Part shown: positions 61,280-64,000 of the stretch, piece by piece
Position numbering within the stretch: the first letter of the stretch is position 1
Layout: each line of letters starts with the position of its first letter
Assembly (NCBI GenBank): GCA_036172245.1
Contig: JAYWIR010000058.1
Location: 62,001 to 126,000, forward strand
Direction: 5' to 3'
Origin: Raillietiella orientalis
Lineage: Eukaryota
Length of the DNA: 64,000 bases
Made by a program: the position numbers and the translations under genes
The notes under the pieces: model-generated
What the model saw: only the letters and a program-made list of their open reading frames with translations
Database searches by the model: none
Told to the model about the DNA's origin: nothing

Positions 61280-62569
61280 ATGGACCAAGAGTAGATGGGA
61301 GGAAGGTGTAGATGGTGGAAGGCGGAAAGAACCAGCTCCCTCCTCCTCCTGGCCATTGCAATGGCCTCATGCAATTCGCTACCACAAGAAAGCTGGAAAA
61401 TTCTGGAAAGTTCCGGCTCTTGCAGAAGAGCGCCATTCTCGGGATCCCACGGAGCCGACGGCGATCGGCAGAGCTCTCGAGAGGGTAAGGGGATGCGCGC
61501 ACGGCCTGCGGCCTGCGGCCCGCGTCGTGCGTGAAACTTGCCGGAGGCGCAGGTTACGCCGTCCGCTGGCACGAAAGCGAAGAAAGGCTCTCGGGACCGC
61601 GGCTTCGAGCGGAGGAGAAGACGAAGGGCGCGGCCAGACAGTGAAGACGATGGACGGAGAATCACCTGATCATTGGCCGCGTACCCACTCCACTTCTTTC
61701 CCATTTCGAACGCAGACAGGCACGAACTTTTTGCTCGCCTTCGTGAACGCCGTGCTTTTCCAGAAGGATTTCTCAGGGCGAGGGATGCGGATGCGGTTCC
61801 CTTTTCTCAGAGCGAGGTCAGTTCGCATGGTCGCAATCCTTTGGCTTCTGGCCAAGGGATTGCCGCGGCTTGCGGCTGCCCGCGATTACCCCGTCCCCCT
61901 TCTTGATGAATTCGATCGAGGCGCCGCGGAATGATGCGGAGTCCAAAGCGCCGCAGGCAAGGATTCGGACACGGAACGTGCGGTGGCGTTTCATGCCTCT
62001 TGAGACACCGACTGCCGGATGACCGCGTCTCCAATCTGCCTCCATTGTCCTGGAGCTGCGAGATCGAAGGCGACGGGACGAGCTTTTTCGCGCGCTCTCC
62101 ATCCATCTGGCAGGAGGCAGCGGTAGTCCGCCACGAGATCTCCACGGAGGCTTTTCGTTCCCTTGCCAAAGGGCCGGCGACCCTCCTCCGAGAGTCGATG
62201 GCAGGGAGACGGGTGTGCGCTCAGTGGGAATCGCTCGCTGCCCCGAGATGCGTCCGGTTGAGGATGCGGATGCGTGCTCACGTGGTCGCACCTCGTGCTC
62301 TTCTGCCTGGAGAGACTTTGGTTTCCACCGAGGCGCCCCCTTTCGAAGTGCTTTCCATGGGACCCGTGGAAGAGGGCGAAAGAGGAAAATCTCTTTGCAC
62401 GCTGGGCGATCCCGGAGAGCGTTCCGAAGTTTGTCAAGATCCCACTCGCGTTCAGTCTTTCTGCCGGTGAGGGAGGGCGTCAAGGGCGTCTCGTTGCCCG
62501 GAGCAAGAAGGTGCTGGTCGGCTGCGACCAGAGCTGCCACCGATGCCTTCCTGTAGGCAGCTGCTGGTG
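61280..62569 (-). repeat. Copy B of the 1290-bp inverted duplication, probably inside an upstream intron of the RGS gene
   Basis: Paired coordinates sum to 76585 throughout, so there are no indels; identical 240-, 179-, 148- and 120-aa ORFs. Confidence 0.9.
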
Positions 62570-64000
62570 ACTTCTTGCTGCTTAAGAGAGGGAAGCTGTC
62601 ACTGCAGCCTGCTTCCTAGACGATCCTCGGGCAGATGGGAGATGAGGACCTCTGGTACAAGGTGTAAAAGACTTCCATTCACTCAGAACTCTGGGAGTAA
62701 TTCACTGCATCCTGTTGCGCGAGAGGCCGCTGATCTCTTTCCTTTCCCAAATCTTTGCCATCATCGCCACTGCTACCCTGATCCTCCTCCTCATTATTCC
62801 AAGGAAGCTGGAGTCTTAAGATCGCAAGGGGGCACTCGCGGTGAAATGGACATCAGACAGGAGCCTGCAGGAGATACGGAATTTCAGCACTTCGATGTGC
62901 GCCGTTGCTCAGTTCCCGAATCCCCGAATCGGTACTGGCTATTCCCGAAGAAGCTTTCAGAACCAAACCGTGGGATTCCTTCGTCGGCCTTGCACCAATG
63001 AGTACCTCATAGATTTCAGAGCCCTGAACTCCAGGATCCCAGATGCTACCCGAATCGATTCGGGAGGCAGGTAGTCGCCTCAAGGCAATTTCTCGCTTCG
63101 TCTTGGATAGGTGTCGGCTCTCAGAAAGAGGTGACCTTCATCGTGGGGTGCTCCCGATCCCACGATGGAGATCCGACTCCGAATCCTAAATGTCACGGAA
63201 CAGAAGGATGGCTGTCTTTCCGCATCCTTGCGGCCCGAGAAGCTTCTGTAGGGTCTTCTTCGGCGGATTTGGCTCCGCGCTTTGGCTGCAGCATCAACAA
63301 ACGAGCGGCGGTGGAAGCAGCGGACTCGCTCCATCAAGGATCTCTCCCGGGTCCGCTCCAATCATCTCTCCCGCTCGGTTATCAAACGAAGGCTGCAAAC
63401 CAACTGCCGACTGCCTCCTTCTGGAGAGGGATTTCTGAAGTGGGCAATCAAACGCGATTGGCGAAACCGGAGGACAGAGAGGAGTGCCCCCCCCCCTTTC
63501 CCCTGTTCCCTCTCTTCGACGAAGAAGCGGAGAGGAGGTGGAAAAGGAAGATCATTCATTCTTTTCCCATGAAGCAGACCAGTGGACCGAAGTGAAACTC
63601 CTTTCCGAGATGGTGAATTTTTTTTCTTCCCCGCCTTTCTCCAGAGTGGACCGGTTGCGACGGATGCCGGAGATGCGGGGAAGCTGGAGTATCCCTAAGA
63701 AGGCGGCTCCATTCCCCTGCTTCGTCGAAGTATAGCGATGGTCAGACCAGAACTCTTCTACACGGCAGGGTGATCTCGGGCACCGCAGTAGATGTCAGAA
63801 TGTGTGGTTTTCAGGGTCTCCATACCTCCTCCTCTGATCCGCCACCATGGAGCACTTTCAGCTGCCATGATCCGAACTTACTTCCGGAATTCCGCTTGAT
63901 CTCGGGGCCTCTAATTCCCGTCTGGCGTCCCAGAGTCGACCTCGCCCAGCGATCACTCAGAGTGAGCGCCCCATCAACTCCTTTCCTTCCGGTTCCAGCA

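Noticed and set aside
1..64000. CRISPR array, operon or prokaryotic defence system
   Set aside because: No regularly spaced repeat-spacer array; the genes are spliceosomal and metazoan.

Overview
Eukaryotic (invertebrate animal) genomic DNA, not prokaryotic, so most ORFs in the track are spurious. I can build three spliced genes, all on the minus strand. (1) A large, divergent VPS13-family lipid-transfer gene: ATG at 40801, about 30 exons traceable to about 900, continuing past the left edge. (2) A complete 11-exon mitochondrial ribosomal protein S9 gene (52852-50973). (3) The 3' half (GGL + RGS domains) of an R7-family RGS gene (59638-57922). Many introns are only 40-59 nt. The long introns and intergenic DNA are filled with decayed Ty3/gypsy and BEL/Pao LTR-retrotransposon and hAT transposase relics, a mariner relic, a deleted piggyBac with TTAA/TIR ends, tRNA-headed SINE-like repeats and a MITE-like inverted repeat. 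The most unusual structures are a near-identical 1.29-kb inverted duplication 46 kb apart, SINE-like families sharing one head, and a steep GC change inside VPS13. I see no convincing evidence of a wholly new biological system. All family calls are by-eye motif recognition, not database results.
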